IMG/VR virus record: IMGVR_UViG_3300046536_000256 | Location: 1 to 64,000 of that record | DNA: 64,000 nt | Direction: 5' to 3' (one strand) | In this document: in pieces, positions 63,601-64,000 of the stretch | How the letters are laid out: every line of letters begins with the position of its first letter | How positions within the stretch are numbered: position 1 is the first letter of the stretch | Made by a program: the position numbers and the translations under genes | The notes under the pieces: generated by a model | What the model was told of the DNA's origin: nothing | Database searches by the model: none | What the model saw: the letters and a program-made list of their open reading frames with translations, nothing else

Positions 63601-63732
63601 AAACCAGCTGACACTGACGAACCTGCTCCAGATGACGACACTGCCAAGAAAGGCGATGACGACAACGCGGACGGACTCGATCCAGCGAAGAATGACCCTG
63701 AAGAAGACCCTTTCACCACAGGGAAAAAATAA
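60658..63732 (+). CDS. probable portal protein
   Basis: ~1020 aa, mostly helical; HIARLAAF...INIAKEDP and NYFGLPRSWL resemble T4 gp20 clip/wing motifs; S/G-x-E sites; acidic G/D tail; GAGGT SD. Confidence 0.62.
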   Translation: MARENRPGTRGNFQVDYTALRADINNINPVVKSTLRNAVPRNGQSPERDEMQGKTTVNAHKLERLSNIISNNINAAVDLRTITPYIGKAELIWDAIMLYPNGKQEKTLNYDTRPSKLKNSKLHDELRAVWDNYYTNDYKIEADLRSMAHDMLWNTGSYVLFNLSRPGLDYLINGSELLPEDKNARRSGNEAYDNYMNKATQAVNEEFVKDSASGKYLTRNRGRFVRDPNAKDQPSQVSGLEAIMSGRQTYSGNEFPIFGGEAYKDDKGEQFNFGITLTDNPSLLYLQKLSAVTRQSDVNAVMGTEDLNLHISSAMITAAARAEKEEAKKGGKGPKAPNAQTKNLTEQQADSISKDLFPNRNVAHQSIQFVKHNDALSGNLYGRGLTWHVPSEAVIPIHRQGSNGKHEDYIFLLDDDGNFLKNTADAEFYQSMKKNANSIANKPKGGSTDSLISNLKTIQEGKDCEFDMSEFAEMAKASIVRQFMSAIISGKGDNISISIDEETNKIFLARMFKRQSVRCLYVPGESVTYMAFNYNRLGIGQSLTQAAKMHIARLAAFDVADAMANLEAAQPHSLMSINIAKEDPDPAATIAIARSVFFEANPRIHSILSTAQLSIPQIVDSLRESSLTVKINAGENPHMPTPDIDISHMEKQVFKPVDQASREEVLNKISNYFGLPRSWLDIVDGGENQFQIEALTEHQMLLNQGANWQDQWCDMIMDFERKHMSVNGPFLNDLVKVIVDNKPLWSPDSKEPLEGSDEEKIKLILTDFVNNIYCWLPTPSSTESHAKLKDKLDAVDALVQAWTDLSGYEKMLPVVATALGLEDGDYNADTIKEALKAAYVTEAFKRFNLPMPFDEIISEGKGGGMASLVNAVVHQRVNLAEFLAKFTIDVAGADKKLIKEHQAKIAKALAALEETVNKVTGGGDDQQQVDGDGNPIPGGDDQGNLGGAGGDDSGLTGGDDNDLGGGGGDDDLTDDTPPADDKPADTDEPAPDDDTAKKGDDDNADGLDPAKNDPEEDPFTTGKK

Positions 63733-63746
63733 AAGATAGACCTTAA

Positions 63747-63780
63747 TACTACTCCTCTAGCCTAGGCTAGAGGAGTAGTA
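63747..63780. terminator. 34-bp perfect palindrome between convergent genes, followed by TATGTT on plus
   Basis: TACTACTCCTCTAGCCTAGGCTAGAGGAGTAGTA. Confidence 0.7.
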
Positions 63781-63793
63781 CGTTTATGTTTGG

Positions 63794-64000
63794 TTAGTTG
63801 TCATCCCAAGGATCAGACTGAATAATCCAGCCCGGGTATTGGCGGTCGATCTCTTTCATTTGCTCAGAGAACGACAACAGATATTCCCGATCCACATGCG
63901 GGATATGGTCGATCATGTTTTCTGGGTGGCCGATGACCAGCATGAGGTTCTTCCCGGACATCATCCCAGGGTTCTCATGCGCTCTACCCACCAGTTGCTG
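63794..64000 (-). CDS. C-terminal end of a gene entering from beyond the window
   Basis: Frame open to the edge (QQLVGRAHENPG...WDDN stop). Confidence 0.55.
   Translation of the reverse strand, partial: QQLVGRAHENPGMMSGKNLMLVIGHPENMIDHIPHVDREYLLSFSEQMKEIDRQYPGWIIQSDPWDDN

Noticed and set aside
1-64000. Stop-codon reassignment, introns or inteins in ligase, SbcC or chaperonin
   Set aside because: Conserved genes are intact in the standard code with expected lengths and motif spacing; no LAGLIDADG/HNH or intein termini seen.

Overview
A 64-kb segment of a phiKZ-related jumbo myophage genome. The GroEL-like chaperonin plus NAD-dependent ligase, and a Pseudomonas-prophage-type tail-fibre tip, point to an EL/OBP-like Pseudomonas phage; this is an inference with no database search. 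Most genes lie on the minus strand. The left ~37 kb is accessory or early. It holds a GroEL-like chaperonin with no GroES, an HslV-like Ntn peptidase, a putative 2OG-Fe(II) oxygenase, a GNAT, a LemA-like/TPM-like membrane pair, an internal head protein, a glycine-zipper protein, a 2H phosphoesterase (Acb1/57B-like), RNase HI, three beta-helix paralogs, NAD-dependent DNA ligase and three tandem nucleotidyltransferase-like paralogs. A repeated TCARACCTATATTAC early-promoter motif punctuates this part. The right ~27 kb is core morphogenesis and recombination: SbcC/Rad50 ATPase, baseplate spike, three large paralogous tail proteins, a chimeric tail fibre with its Tfa chaperone, an overlapping spanin-like pair and holin candidate, RuvC, baseplate genes and a probable portal. 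The most notable unexplained signals are the NTase-like triplet within a ~10-kb early operon, a ~25-aa helical motif dispersed over at least six unknown genes, the overlapping spanin-like pair, and strong hairpins followed by TATGTT instead of a U-tract. No tRNA, rRNA, CRISPR array, transposase, intron or intein was recognised. Several start codons were reassigned by eye from Shine-Dalgarno sites and gene overlaps.
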